Origin: a bacterium
GTDB taxonomy: Bacteria; UBA8248; JACPRG01; G963555815
Assembly (NCBI GenBank): GCA_965261595.1
Contig: CBDHDG010000004.1
Coordinates: 480,001 to 544,000, forward strand
Length of the DNA stretch: 64,000 nt
Direction of reading: 5' to 3'
In this document: one piece after another, positions 38,146 through 47,624 of the stretch
How positions within the stretch are numbered: the first letter of the stretch is position 1
Layout: every line of letters begins with the position of its first letter
Notes under the pieces: model-generated
The model's input: the letters and a program-made list of their open reading frames with translations, nothing else
What the model was told of the DNA's origin: nothing
The model's database searches: none
Position numbers and translations under genes: made by a program

Positions 38146-38718
38146 ATGCAAGTCATCGACATCTTCTGGCAAAACAAAGAAATTCAAACCCTCGCCCCCA
38201 TTTGGCGGCCCGGTCTGGATGTCCTCTTCGTCGGCCTGAATCCGTCCCTCCCCAGCATGGAGGCCGGTCATTATCACCGGGGCAACCTGGGCAAGCGGTT
38301 CTGGAAACGGCTGCGCTCGGCCGCCCTCGTGGAAAACGCCGATGACGGACGGGAGGACGAGGCCCTTCTCGACAGCGGCCTCGGCATCACGGACCTTGTT
38401 CCCCGCCCTACGGCCCGGGCCGATGAGATCACCGAGGAAGAGTTCTCCCTGGGCGCACAGTTCGTCCTGTATCAGATCCAGTCGGGAAATCCGCGCGTGG
38501 TCTGTTTCATCTACAAGAAGGCGCTCGAAGCACTGGTGGGCGGGAAGGTCCCCGGAGAGGGCGGGCTCATCGAGTCCACGGACGAAGCCTGGACCGGCCT
38601 GTTCGGCGAAAGCCGCGTCTTCCTCTTCCCCAGCCCCTACGCGAAATCCGAAATCGAGCGGGAAATCCTCGACAAGTTCAAGCGGCTCGTCGAGGAAGTC
38701 CGCGCCGGCCGGGGTTGA
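38146..38718 (+). CDS. mug: Mismatch-specific uracil/thymine DNA glycosylase
   Basis: VLFVGLNPS, GHY...G.RFW, GLGITDLV.RPT and FPSP motifs. Confidence 0.8.
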   Translation: MQVIDIFWQNKEIQTLAPIWRPGLDVLFVGLNPSLPSMEAGHYHRGNLGKRFWKRLRSAALVENADDGREDEALLDSGLGITDLVPRPTARADEITEEEFSLGAQFVLYQIQSGNPRVVCFIYKKALEALVGGKVPGEGGLIESTDEAWTGLFGESRVFLFPSPYAKSEIEREILDKFKRLVEEVRAGRG

Positions 38719-39095
38719 ATCACAAACCGAAGAGAATCCCACGTGGCTCTTTTGTAAGCCAGCCCCCCGGAAAACTTTGTTGTGGCGATAGACGATCCCG
38801 GCCCGCCACACGCCTGTTGGGAATAATTTGTTGGAATGCAGGACCTGACCCCGAGTCCTCCACGAAACAAAACCGGCTGACTCGTTGTCCAATTCTGATA
38901 TGTTGCCTCGGGCTCGGGTGCTTGGCTGGACGGCGCTGTGGTTTTGGGCGGACCCCGTTGCGGCTTCGTCCGAGGTAGAGGAAATCAAAAAAGATACGAT
39001 TTAGAAATATGCGACCAGAGCAGGTGGAAGAGGAAGCAGGCATTTCAGGTTGTTTTGTGGAAGAAGGCGGGTGCTTGTCGGAATCAAGGAGGGTG

Positions 39096-40415
39096 ATGAT
39101 GAGAAGGACGGCGACGGTTTCTCTGGGTCTGATGTCGGTCCTGGCGGTGGCTTTGTCCCTGGCGCCGAAAAGCGCCTTCGCGGCGAAATGCAATTGGACC
39201 GCGACAGGCCGGTTGGCCGTCAAGCACCAACTTTCAGAATTGAAGGACAAGTTCAATGGGGAGTCCTTTCTGAAGGGAGTGCAGGTCAACGTCTCGGCCA
39301 GGATAAGGGTCGCCGGCGTGTGGGGACCCTGGGGAAGCTGGGGGACCGTCCGGACCAACCGCAAAGGCGAGTTCTCGATCTCGAAGAGAAAAAGTTGCGG
39401 CGTCCGAAGATTCAGGGTGCGGGTGAAGTTCAAGGACTCCTCCCTGGAAGTCCGGCACAAGAGGTCGACCTCATCCGTTACGAAGGTCAAGTGGTAGAGA
39501 GTCGTCAACAATCGCCGGCATCGGGCGGGGCGGGTCTCCTTTGGCCGACTCACATTCAGGTCGCGCGGCAGCCAAGCCCTGGGAAACTTCGAGGCGCGCC
39601 GCCACGCCGATATCTGGATCCTCTACAAGATGGCCATTCGGCACGTGCGTCGGATGGGCGGAAGCTACGCATTCACAACGAAGGTCAAGTTGAAACATCC
39701 CCACAACGGAATCGTCAAGGATGCGCAGGAAGGAAGTTATGCCAACCCTACGACCAAGGTGATCTACATTATCAAGAACACCAAAAAAGACCATTTCACC
39801 ACCAGGACGCTGCTCCACGAGATCGGCCATATCTGGGCCTATAACCACAGCTACGGTGAGTTCTGCCTGACGGAGGGGCTGCTCAAAACGGGCAGCACCC
39901 ACGGCTTGGTCAAAGACCACTGTGTCGCTTTCCACGAGGGGTTCGCCGAATACTGGACGGGAAAAATGAGACAGGCGCTCTTCGGAAAGGACGCGATTCT
40001 TCCCCGCGACCGAAGGTCGCTGACGAGCAGCCGCCTGCCCGTCCGCATCCTGGTCCAGCGGCACGACGCGGGGTGGAAGTCGGTCTCCAACAAGCTGACG
40101 ACCCCCAACATCCACAAGTACGACTTCGGGACCGCCGTGAGGGGGTCCGGCAGTTCAATCCGGGAAAAAAGCCCCGCGCCCACCGGCTGCACGAGCCCGA
40201 AGATTACCTTCAAGAACGTTCTCCGGACGTTTAACCCGCGCTCTTCCAAAGGGTATCCGAAGAAGTTGAACAGGAAGGAGACGACCATCGTTAAATTTTT
40301 GAATCGGGCCGCGGCCATCCTCGGTCCAATGACCAGGAGGCACGGCCGGATGTACAAGGAGCTCGCGGACCCGTCCAAAACCCGCCAGCCTTCCGACTGG
40401 CTCTGTGGCAGCTAG
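39096..40415 (+). pseudogene. Secreted zincin-like metallopeptidase interrupted by one in-frame TAG (39495-39497)
   Basis: Signal peptide ending AFA-A; HEIGH plus downstream FHEGFAEY; ORFs 39009 and 39630 share one frame. Confidence 0.75.
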
Positions 40416-40570
40416 GGGGACGGATGTTTCACATGCCAACATCCCCAAATTCCGGGCTAAAATACGCTTGGCCAACGGTAGGCGCGGGTCAACATCCCGT
40501 GTCGGGAAGGGAGGAAGTTGTTGTTTCTCCTCGATGCTTGTTCGACGGCGATCGCGGGAGAGGGCGGACG

Positions 40571-41914
40571 GTGAGACCGATCCATTCCTTCATTCTCCGC
40601 GCTCGGTTGGTCGCGCTGGTTGTCGCCGCCGGCCTCTTGATCGCGGGTTGTCCCCGCACTGTGCCCCACCTGGAGTACACGCCCCTCTCCGGGACGCCTT
40701 CCCTGAGTCTCGCTTCCCTGCAACCCCTGAAAATTTTCTTGGGCGCTGTAAAGGACAGCCGCGGCGTCGAGAAGCGGTTCCTTGTCAAACATGGCGGAGG
40801 GGACATCTTCTATTTGGAGGCGCCTTTGGCTGTGGACGTCAAGAAAGCCCTGAGCGCTGAATTCCGTCACATGGGAATACCTCTCGCCGCCTCCAGCTTA
40901 CAGGCGCAAGGGCGTCTGGATGCGGAGATCACGCGACTTGAACTGGATTTTCAAGGCACCCAACCGGCCGGATTCCTTTACTTTCCGGAATTGATCAAGG
41001 CCCGGATCTACTTGAAGGTGACATTACAAGCCACGGGGCAGGCCATTCCCCTCTGGGAGGTCCGCCTGGAGGGCGCCGGGTGGGCGGCGCGGAGCGCGCT
41101 TCAAGGCCCCGAGCTGCCGCTGGCCGACGCCGTGTCCCGCGCTTTGAGCAAGGCCGTCGCCGGGTTGGGACAAGCCCCCGGATTCGCGGACACGTTGGCG
41201 AAACTGTCGGGCGCCGCGAGAGCCGTTGCAAAAAGGGAAACGCCTCCCAGGCGTCCGGAGGCCGTGGCCCGGCCGGCGGCGCCGGAGACGAAGGCTTGGC
41301 GCTCGGCGGGCTCGGGGTTCCTGCTGCGGGGTACGACACACATTCTGACGAGCTTGCACGTGGTCCAGGGAATGAAGGCCATCCGCGTCTCCTTCCCCAC
41401 AGGAGAGACCTACCCCGCCAAGGTCGTGGCCGGCGACGCGAACAACGACCTGGCCCTCCTTCAGGTTCAGGGGATGCAGGCCAAGGCCGGGGGCTTCGCG
41501 GCGGATCTCAGGACAGAAGTCGATCCGGGGGAGAGGGTTCACGCCCTGGGCTATCCCCTCGGCGCGCAGCTCAGCCGCCGGCCCAGCATCGTGTCGGGTG
41601 AGGTCAGCGCCGCAACCGGCCTGGGCGACAACATCGCCCAGTTTCGGATGACCAACCCCATCAACGAAGGCAACAGCGGCGGTCCCGTCATCAACTCGCG
41701 GGGCCTCCTTGTCGGCGTGGCCGCCTCGGGCATGATTCAGCGCGGCGTTCAGGGCATCCGCTTCGGGACGAAGATCTCGGCCGCCACGCTCATCCTCCGA
41801 CGGGCGAGGTTGGTGCGGAAGTTCTCCATCGCCGTCGTGCCCAAAGGCCGCCTCACCGCCGTCGAGATCTTCCGCAAGCACTCCCCCTTCGTCGTCCTCA
41901 TCGAAACCCGGTAA
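40571..41914 (+). CDS. Lipoprotein with C-terminal trypsin-like (S1) serine protease domain
   Basis: Lipobox LIAGC; catalytic triad motifs LTSLHVV, NDLALL and GNSGGP. Confidence 0.85.
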   Translation: MRPIHSFILRARLVALVVAAGLLIAGCPRTVPHLEYTPLSGTPSLSLASLQPLKIFLGAVKDSRGVEKRFLVKHGGGDIFYLEAPLAVDVKKALSAEFRHMGIPLAASSLQAQGRLDAEITRLELDFQGTQPAGFLYFPELIKARIYLKVTLQATGQAIPLWEVRLEGAGWAARSALQGPELPLADAVSRALSKAVAGLGQAPGFADTLAKLSGAARAVAKRETPPRRPEAVARPAAPETKAWRSAGSGFLLRGTTHILTSLHVVQGMKAIRVSFPTGETYPAKVVAGDANNDLALLQVQGMQAKAGGFAADLRTEVDPGERVHALGYPLGAQLSRRPSIVSGEVSAATGLGDNIAQFRMTNPINEGNSGGPVINSRGLLVGVAASGMIQRGVQGIRFGTKISAATLILRRARLVRKFSIAVVPKGRLTAVEIFRKHSPFVVLIETR

Positions 41915-41940
41915 AACCGGCTTCCAATGGTCTTTACACA

Positions 41941-42313
41941 ATTGGGGCCAAGGTGGTCACCCACGCCCGGCACATCGTCTTTCAGATGGCCGAGGTTGCC
42001 GTGTCGCGTCAACTGTTCAGGGCTGTTCTTGAGGGAATCCGCCGGTTGTGGAGATTGGGGGGGGGGGGGGGCGCCGACCCGTAGTCGGCGCGCATCAAGG
42101 GAAAGGATTACAAGGAGTTTAGACCCGTGATTGCCCCCCGCAATACAAACGAACTCAAGATCCTCGAAATGGTGTTGACATTGTGCTTAAAGTCTGGCCC
42201 GCTAGAAAAACTTCTTGTCAGAAGTATGATTTGGTGGATCATCCAGGAAATCCCGGTTTCTTCGGAAAGGGGACCGGAGCGTTACCCTCGCAGGTTGAAA
42301 TGGGAATCTCGGG
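41941..42313 (+). mobile_element. IS1380-family remnant (transposase C-terminus and probable right end)
   Basis: Manual translation IGAKVVTHARHIVFQMAEVAVSRQLFRAVLEGIRRL; end resembling TGGGAATCTCGGG. Confidence 0.65.
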
Positions 42314-43083
42314 TTGAAGAAGCCAAGCTTTTTTGTTCTGGGAGCGGTTGTTCCGGCCCTCTTTTTCATGGCTATCCCCGCGGCTACGGCGGATCTCAAA
42401 GGGGACCTGTCGTTGGGCCGGGAGGTGTACCTGGAGGTTTGCGCTTCCTGTCACGGGAAAAGGGGCGATGGCCGAGGAACGGGTTACAAGGACAAAATGC
42501 CGCTTCCCCAGGTCTTGGCCAACCCTTCTTACATGATGCGTTTGACTCCGCAGTACATGTTCGATGTGGTGAAGTACGGCAAGATAGCCGTTCTCAAAGG
42601 AGAGAAGAAGACGGGCCATTATCAAGTCATGCCGATGCCCGGCTTCGAAGGGGCCCTTGAGGACGACGTCATCCTCGCCCTTGTCGGCTACATAAAATCT
42701 CTTCGCACCGGACGGTGGAACCCCTCGAAAAGAGGGAAGCTCACCAGCGGAAACTCCCGCGAGTATTACGAGGCGGCGTGCGCTGAGCGTCATGGCCCGG
42801 CCGGAAGAGGCGATGGCCCAACGGCCGTCGGAGGGCAAGACCCCCGCAAGCCTTTCGTCAGCGTTGTACAGCCCGCGCCCGCCGATCTGACCGACCCCGT
42901 TCTGATGACTCGATTCTCAGATCGGTTTATCTTCTCGCTGATCAAATTCGTAATATCGACACCATCGATGTCGAGAACTACGATACGATGAAGCCCTTTG
43001 GCCAAATTTTAACGATAAGGAGATTTGGAGCACCGTCCGATATGTCTGGGAATCGTTTATTGGGAAGGAAGGTCAGGCGATAG
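42314..43083 (+). pseudogene. Diheme cytochrome c, degraded
   Basis: Signal peptide and CASCH; second motif is CAERH; C-terminal MKPFGQIL/DKEIW..VRYV lies in shifted frames. Confidence 0.7.
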
Positions 43084-43375
43084 CGAGTGATTGTGTCGAA
43101 TAGAAAAAGCCCGGGGTTGTTAAGGGATTAAAAATTGTTTGTATCCAAAAGCCGGGTCATCGGGGAGACATCATTCTTATTTCCGCTAAAAAGAACAGAG
43201 GGGGTCAAATATTTTGTCGGCTAATTTTTCTTTTAAAGATTCAAAACGCGGATGAAAGTCATTTCGCCTCATTTCTATCAACAAAAGCTTTGACCCCTTT
43301 GACTCTTCTGGAACCAGGAATGACGGAACAGCGTCGATTACGAAGCCGCCGGGGTCTGATGACGTTACTCACCTT

Positions 43376-44158
43376 TCACGCGGGCAGCTTGGCCAGCTCT
43401 GCCAGGATTTCTTCCGAGCTCATGACAAGGCCGAAGATACACCGAATTCTCCCAAGCACGGCCTGATGCTGCTCAGGCAGGTGGCTCGCGACCAGGTCGG
43501 CGGCATAGATGACCTTGTATTCAAGCTCCGCCGCATGCCGGGCCGTTGATTCGACGCACTGCTCAGCGAAAACCCCACTGAAAATCAAGGTGTCCGCGCC
43601 CATACCTCTCAGGGCCACGTCGAGATCGGTTCCGATGAATCCATCCCAGCGATGCTTATAAACAATTTTCTCATCCGGCCGTGGAGCTATCGCGGGAAAG
43701 GTTTTTACCTCCTCGGTGCCGGATACCGCCTGTCTCTTGTTGATGAAACGTTCCACGAGCCGCGGGAAATATCTTCTGTGGCCGAGATCCCAGTATCGCC
43801 CCCCCGCCCGGGGATCGTGGCAGTGCTCGATGAATACCGGCCTGATTCCCACCTCCCGGCATCGCTCCAAGACCCTCTTGACCCTCGGAATCATCCTGTG
43901 CGCATCCGGGCAAAAGAGAGGGGCGTCCGGCCTGACCACGTCGTTCTGCGCGTCCACGTTCAAAAAAGCCGTCTTCTCCGGTTTGATTGGAAGAAACAGA
44001 GAACGATCCACACCGGACCCTTCATCATAAAACACTTCCCGCGCCATCTTAATCATCCGCTCTTCGCGCGGATAGAAATCCCCGGGCTCACGGTAGTGGC
44101 AAAGCTCCTCCTCGGTGATTGGGTATTCTCCTTGAAAACCCATCGATGATGTCTCCAC
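43376..44158 (-). CDS. Isochorismatase-family cysteine hydrolase
   Basis: D-K-C triad: VDAQND, KHRWDGF.GTDL and QCVESTAR. Confidence 0.88.
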   Translation of the reverse strand: METSSMGFQGEYPITEEELCHYREPGDFYPREERMIKMAREVFYDEGSGVDRSLFLPIKPEKTAFLNVDAQNDVVRPDAPLFCPDAHRMIPRVKRVLERCREVGIRPVFIEHCHDPRAGGRYWDLGHRRYFPRLVERFINKRQAVSGTEEVKTFPAIAPRPDEKIVYKHRWDGFIGTDLDVALRGMGADTLIFSGVFAEQCVESTARHAAELEYKVIYAADLVASHLPEQHQAVLGRIRCIFGLVMSSEEILAELAKLPA

Positions 44159-44212
44159 TGGAAAGGGACAAGGGTCAAATCATTTGATGACGAAAGCCAC
44201 TCGGGTCTCCTG

Positions 44213-44887
44213 TCAGGCCAGGATCTCGTACTTCATGGCCTTTGGGTCGTAGTCGTTGATGACGTTCACCTGAGGGCATGATGTTGCGGCAACCAGGATG
44301 TCCATCTCCGCCAGGAACTCTATGTAATCGCCTTTTTCGCACGAGGGGGGAAGAAACACCCAGGTGCCGTATTCGTCATCCTTGAAGCGCACGGGCATGA
44401 AAACGTTGAAGGTTCCGGACCCTTCGAGATCCTCGAGTCCGATTCCATGCGGTGCCAAGCACTCCGCGAAAAGCTCGACACAAGTCTTGTTGCCCAGATA
44501 CTCGTCACCGGGCATCAGCTCTCGGACCTTCGGTGAATAGGAACCGTTGAAGAGATGGTCTCCCACCTTGTCATCTATCACGCGAAGCATCACTCGTTCC
44601 CAGGGTGGTTTCGAGTACAGCTCGTTTACCCGCTTGGCACCTCCGAGGATTTCTCCGCTCGGACGCTCGGAGTTGAGACAAGATGACCACCACGCACAAA
44701 CCTGCTCCCTGTGATCGTACGCATTGATGAATTTGACGTCCGCAACCTGTTTCCCCTCGTGAGCGGTGATGCGCAGGGTCTGACCCTTCCGGAGGAAGAA
44801 TGCTTTTGCGGACCCCTTGGCGATAACAAAGTCCTCAACCACTTCGCGGGTTTTCTTGTCGTCAGCAGTCAATCCGGATTCTCCCAT
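44213..44887 (-). CDS. DUF1989 / urea-carboxylase-associated family protein
   Basis: GQTLRI...EGKQVAD, FNVFM and GDYIEFLAEMDILVAATSCPQ motifs. Confidence 0.82.
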   Translation of the reverse strand: MGESGLTADDKKTREVVEDFVIAKGSAKAFFLRKGQTLRITAHEGKQVADVKFINAYDHREQVCAWWSSCLNSERPSGEILGGAKRVNELYSKPPWERVMLRVIDDKVGDHLFNGSYSPKVRELMPGDEYLGNKTCVELFAECLAPHGIGLEDLEGSGTFNVFMPVRFKDDEYGTWVFLPPSCEKGDYIEFLAEMDILVAATSCPQVNVINDYDPKAMKYEILA

Positions 44888-45281
44888 AGGGATGTGGTCA
44901 GGTCTTACATCCTAACATTTTCCATGTTTCTCGCCGAATTCCTTCAAAACGCCTGAATTTCCCTTGATTTCCCTTCACAAAACTCTCATGCAAACGAATG
45001 CATTACGTAACTCAATAGGATAAAGTATCCATGAAGGTCACAAGGCGAAAATCGAGGCCAATCTACGGAAGGAAGCGTCGAGTATCCGCAGACGCCGTCC
45101 CCGTGCGGGCGGGGATTACACAATTTCCGCAGATGAAAACGGACCAAGAAAACCAACGCCAGGGCCAAAACGAACCACCTGGGCGATTCCTCGGCCAATC
45201 CTATTTCAGGGGATTTGTTGGCGGAAGATGCGGGTTGGCCGCGACGACAGGGTGCGTTGATCGGACTTAAAGCAGAAAAAT

Positions 45282-45821
45282 TCAGTAAATGTCCTCAATC
45301 GCCTTTTGGACCTTCGCCCAAAGCTCCTTCTCGAAGTATCTCAGGATCAGGCCGTCCTGTTCCCACAGCAATTCGATCCCCGATTCGCCTTGATTCCAGG
45401 AGCGGGAAACCTTTCCCTTTCCCGAGGCTATCGCCTTGCTTTTGGAGCCGTCCGACTTGGCCTCTTCGGGAAAAAAATCCAAGTTTTTCGGCTCGCCGTA
45501 TTTCCTTTGCAGGACCGCGTAGCTTTTCCGAAGCGTGAGCCACGTCCTCGGCTCATAGTCCGCCCAGACGGCCGAGACCCGGCCCCGGGTCGCGTAGGCG
45601 AACAGGTATTTCCCCGGTCCCTCGTCCACCCAGGCGTATTGCAGGGTGTCCGGGGTGACCCTCTTCGTCGCTACGGGTTTTCCGAGCTGACCGACGGTGA
45701 TGGCCACCGGCTCCCGCAGGGTCACGATGCCGAAGACCTTCTTCAGCGCGAAGGCCTCCGGGACCATGACCCACGCGGCCGCGGCGATCAAAATGCCTGT
45801 CAGGACAACAGCCCGGCGCAT
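45282..45821 (-). CDS. Hypothetical exported protein
   Basis: Signal peptide MRRAVVLTGILIAAAAWVMVPEAFA; coding-like codon usage. Confidence 0.7.
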   Translation of the reverse strand: MRRAVVLTGILIAAAAWVMVPEAFALKKVFGIVTLREPVAITVGQLGKPVATKRVTPDTLQYAWVDEGPGKYLFAYATRGRVSAVWADYEPRTWLTLRKSYAVLQRKYGEPKNLDFFPEEAKSDGSKSKAIASGKGKVSRSWNQGESGIELLWEQDGLILRYFEKELWAKVQKAIEDIY

Positions 45822-45930
45822 GCGCGAATCCTCCGAAATCCCGATCCGGCCCCAACACAAACCCATCAATCGACTTGCAAGACCCGGACCGGCCGCGCCG
45901 GGTGAAACCGCCCGCTCGATTCCACCCGGC

Positions 45931-46248
45931 CTACGGGCAGACCTCCCCCACCCAATCGAGATACTCCCGCGAGCCCGCGACGATGGGCAGGACGATGACC
46001 TCCGCCACGTCGTAACTGTGGAGCGCCTTTACGCGCCCCTCCAGAGCGGCCAGATGGGTTTCCCGCGTCTTGGCGATCAGCAGGACCTCGGCGTCCCGGC
46101 AAACCTCTCCCTTCCACCGGTAAACAGACGTGACCTTCGGAACGATGTTGACGCACGCGGCGAGGTTCTCCATGACCAGGGCCTCCGCAATCTTCCCGGC
46201 CTCCTCTTCGCTTCCGCACGTCATCAGGACAACCCGGCACTCGGTCAT
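45931..46248 (-). CDS. cutA: Divalent-cation tolerance protein CutA
   Basis: LAACVNIVP.VTSVYRWKG and HSYDVAE motifs. Confidence 0.92.
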   Translation of the reverse strand: MTECRVVLMTCGSEEEAGKIAEALVMENLAACVNIVPKVTSVYRWKGEVCRDAEVLLIAKTRETHLAALEGRVKALHSYDVAEVIVLPIVAGSREYLDWVGEVCP

Positions 46249-46304
46249 ATCCACTTCACACCCTCCCGGCCCCCTCCCCTTACCCCGGGAACCTCTTTGC
46301 GGGT

Positions 46305-47462
46305 TCACTTGAGCTCCCCGATGACCTCCCGGGCGATCAACAGCCTCATGATCTCCGTCGTTCCCTCGAACAGCCTGGCCCCGCGCGCGTCGACGTAGAG
46401 CCGGGCGATCCGGGAGGCCTCGAAATAGCCGATCCCGCCGTGAATTTGAAGGGCCGCGTCCGTCACTCGGCCCGCCTCCTCCGACGCCAGCAGCTTCGCC
46501 ATGGCCGCTTCGGTCCCCCAGGACCGATCCCGCGCCTTCAGCCACGCGGCGCGCAGGGTCATCAGCTCGGCGGCGTCGATGGCCGTCGCCATGTCCGCCA
46601 GAGAGAACTGAACGACCTGGAGGCTAGCCAGCGGCCCGCCGAACTGTTCCCGCGTCTTGGCGTGCTGAAGCGCCAGGGCCAGGGCCGCCCGGGCGATGCC
46701 CACGCATTGGCCCGCGATCCCCAAACGCCCAATTCCGACGGCTGTCTGAATCAAGTCGAAGCCGGCGCCTTCCTCCCCCAGCCGGTCTTCGGCCCGGACA
46801 AAGCAGTCTTCGAAGCGATGAACCGTCATGTTGGCCGCGCACAGGCCGAGGGTCCGGGGCATCAGCTCATGCCGCACGCCCTCAGCGCGCTTCTCCACCA
46901 TAAAAAACGTCAGCCCGCCGCGCCGGTCCTCCGAGGTCCGGGCGCACACGAGGGCGACTCCCTCATACGCGCCGTTGGACACGAAAACCTTCTCCCCGTT
47001 CAGAACGTATCCGCCACGGGCTTTTGTGGCCGAGGTTTCGATCGCCGTCACGTTGGACCCCGCCCGGGTTTCGGTCAGGGCGATGGACCCGATTTTTCCG
47101 CCCGCGACGTGGTCGGGCAGAATCCGCTGTTTCTGCTCATCGTCGGCCGCGCTTTGAATCGTGTCGCAGAACTGGTTGTTGATGGACATCACAAACCCGA
47201 GCGCCGGGGAGGCGGCGGCGACCTCCGCCACGGCCAGGACCCAGCCCACCGAATCGATGCCGCTCCCTCCGCACTCGGCCGGGGCGACCATCCCGAGGAA
47301 CCCCTGCTGGGCCATGCGCGTGAGGAAATCCTCCGGGATGCGCTCCTCGCGATCCCAGGTCTCGGCCTCGGGCGTCACACACTCCTTCACGAATACCTTC
47401 GCCAGGTCCCGGATGCGGGATTGCGTCTCGTCGGGCTGAAAATCCAATCGGGTCCTCTCCAC
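46305..47462 (-). CDS. Acyl-CoA dehydrogenase
   Basis: ALTE..AGS, LNGEKVFVSNG, REQFG, ALQIHGGIGY and FEGTTEI motifs. Confidence 0.92.
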   Translation of the reverse strand: MERTRLDFQPDETQSRIRDLAKVFVKECVTPEAETWDREERIPEDFLTRMAQQGFLGMVAPAECGGSGIDSVGWVLAVAEVAAASPALGFVMSINNQFCDTIQSAADDEQKQRILPDHVAGGKIGSIALTETRAGSNVTAIETSATKARGGYVLNGEKVFVSNGAYEGVALVCARTSEDRRGGLTFFMVEKRAEGVRHELMPRTLGLCAANMTVHRFEDCFVRAEDRLGEEGAGFDLIQTAVGIGRLGIAGQCVGIARAALALALQHAKTREQFGGPLASLQVVQFSLADMATAIDAAELMTLRAAWLKARDRSWGTEAAMAKLLASEEAGRVTDAALQIHGGIGYFEASRIARLYVDARGARLFEGTTEIMRLLIAREVIGELK

Positions 47463-47624
47463 CAGAACCGGGACGCCGTCAACATGCCAACATCATATCC
47501 CCCAGGTTACCAGATGGCGGATGTCCGCTTAAGCGTTCCACGTGCGTATAATGGGCGACGCCCGAACCCGGGAGGGGGCCGCAACCGCCTCGAACCGAAC
47601 CACCCGGCCGGAAAGAAAGGCTTC

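Larger units (their letters stand above)
38825..44921. repeat. Dispersed ~25-28 bp GGGGTC...CAACA repeat family at gene junctions
   Basis: Copies at 38825-38852 (-), 40416-40442 (+) and 44894-44921 (+); the first and last match at 21/28 positions; shorter GGGTC cores at 40486, 43201, 43290, 43351, 44172 and 44203. Confidence 0.5.

Noticed and set aside
44986..45270. Short ORFs upstream of the DUF1989 gene
   Set aside because: No motif, RBS or coding-like composition could be supported.
46440..47624. N-terminal extension making a 1063-aa Fe-S protein
   Set aside because: It overlaps the acyl-CoA dehydrogenase antisense; the real start is most likely the ATG at 47625.
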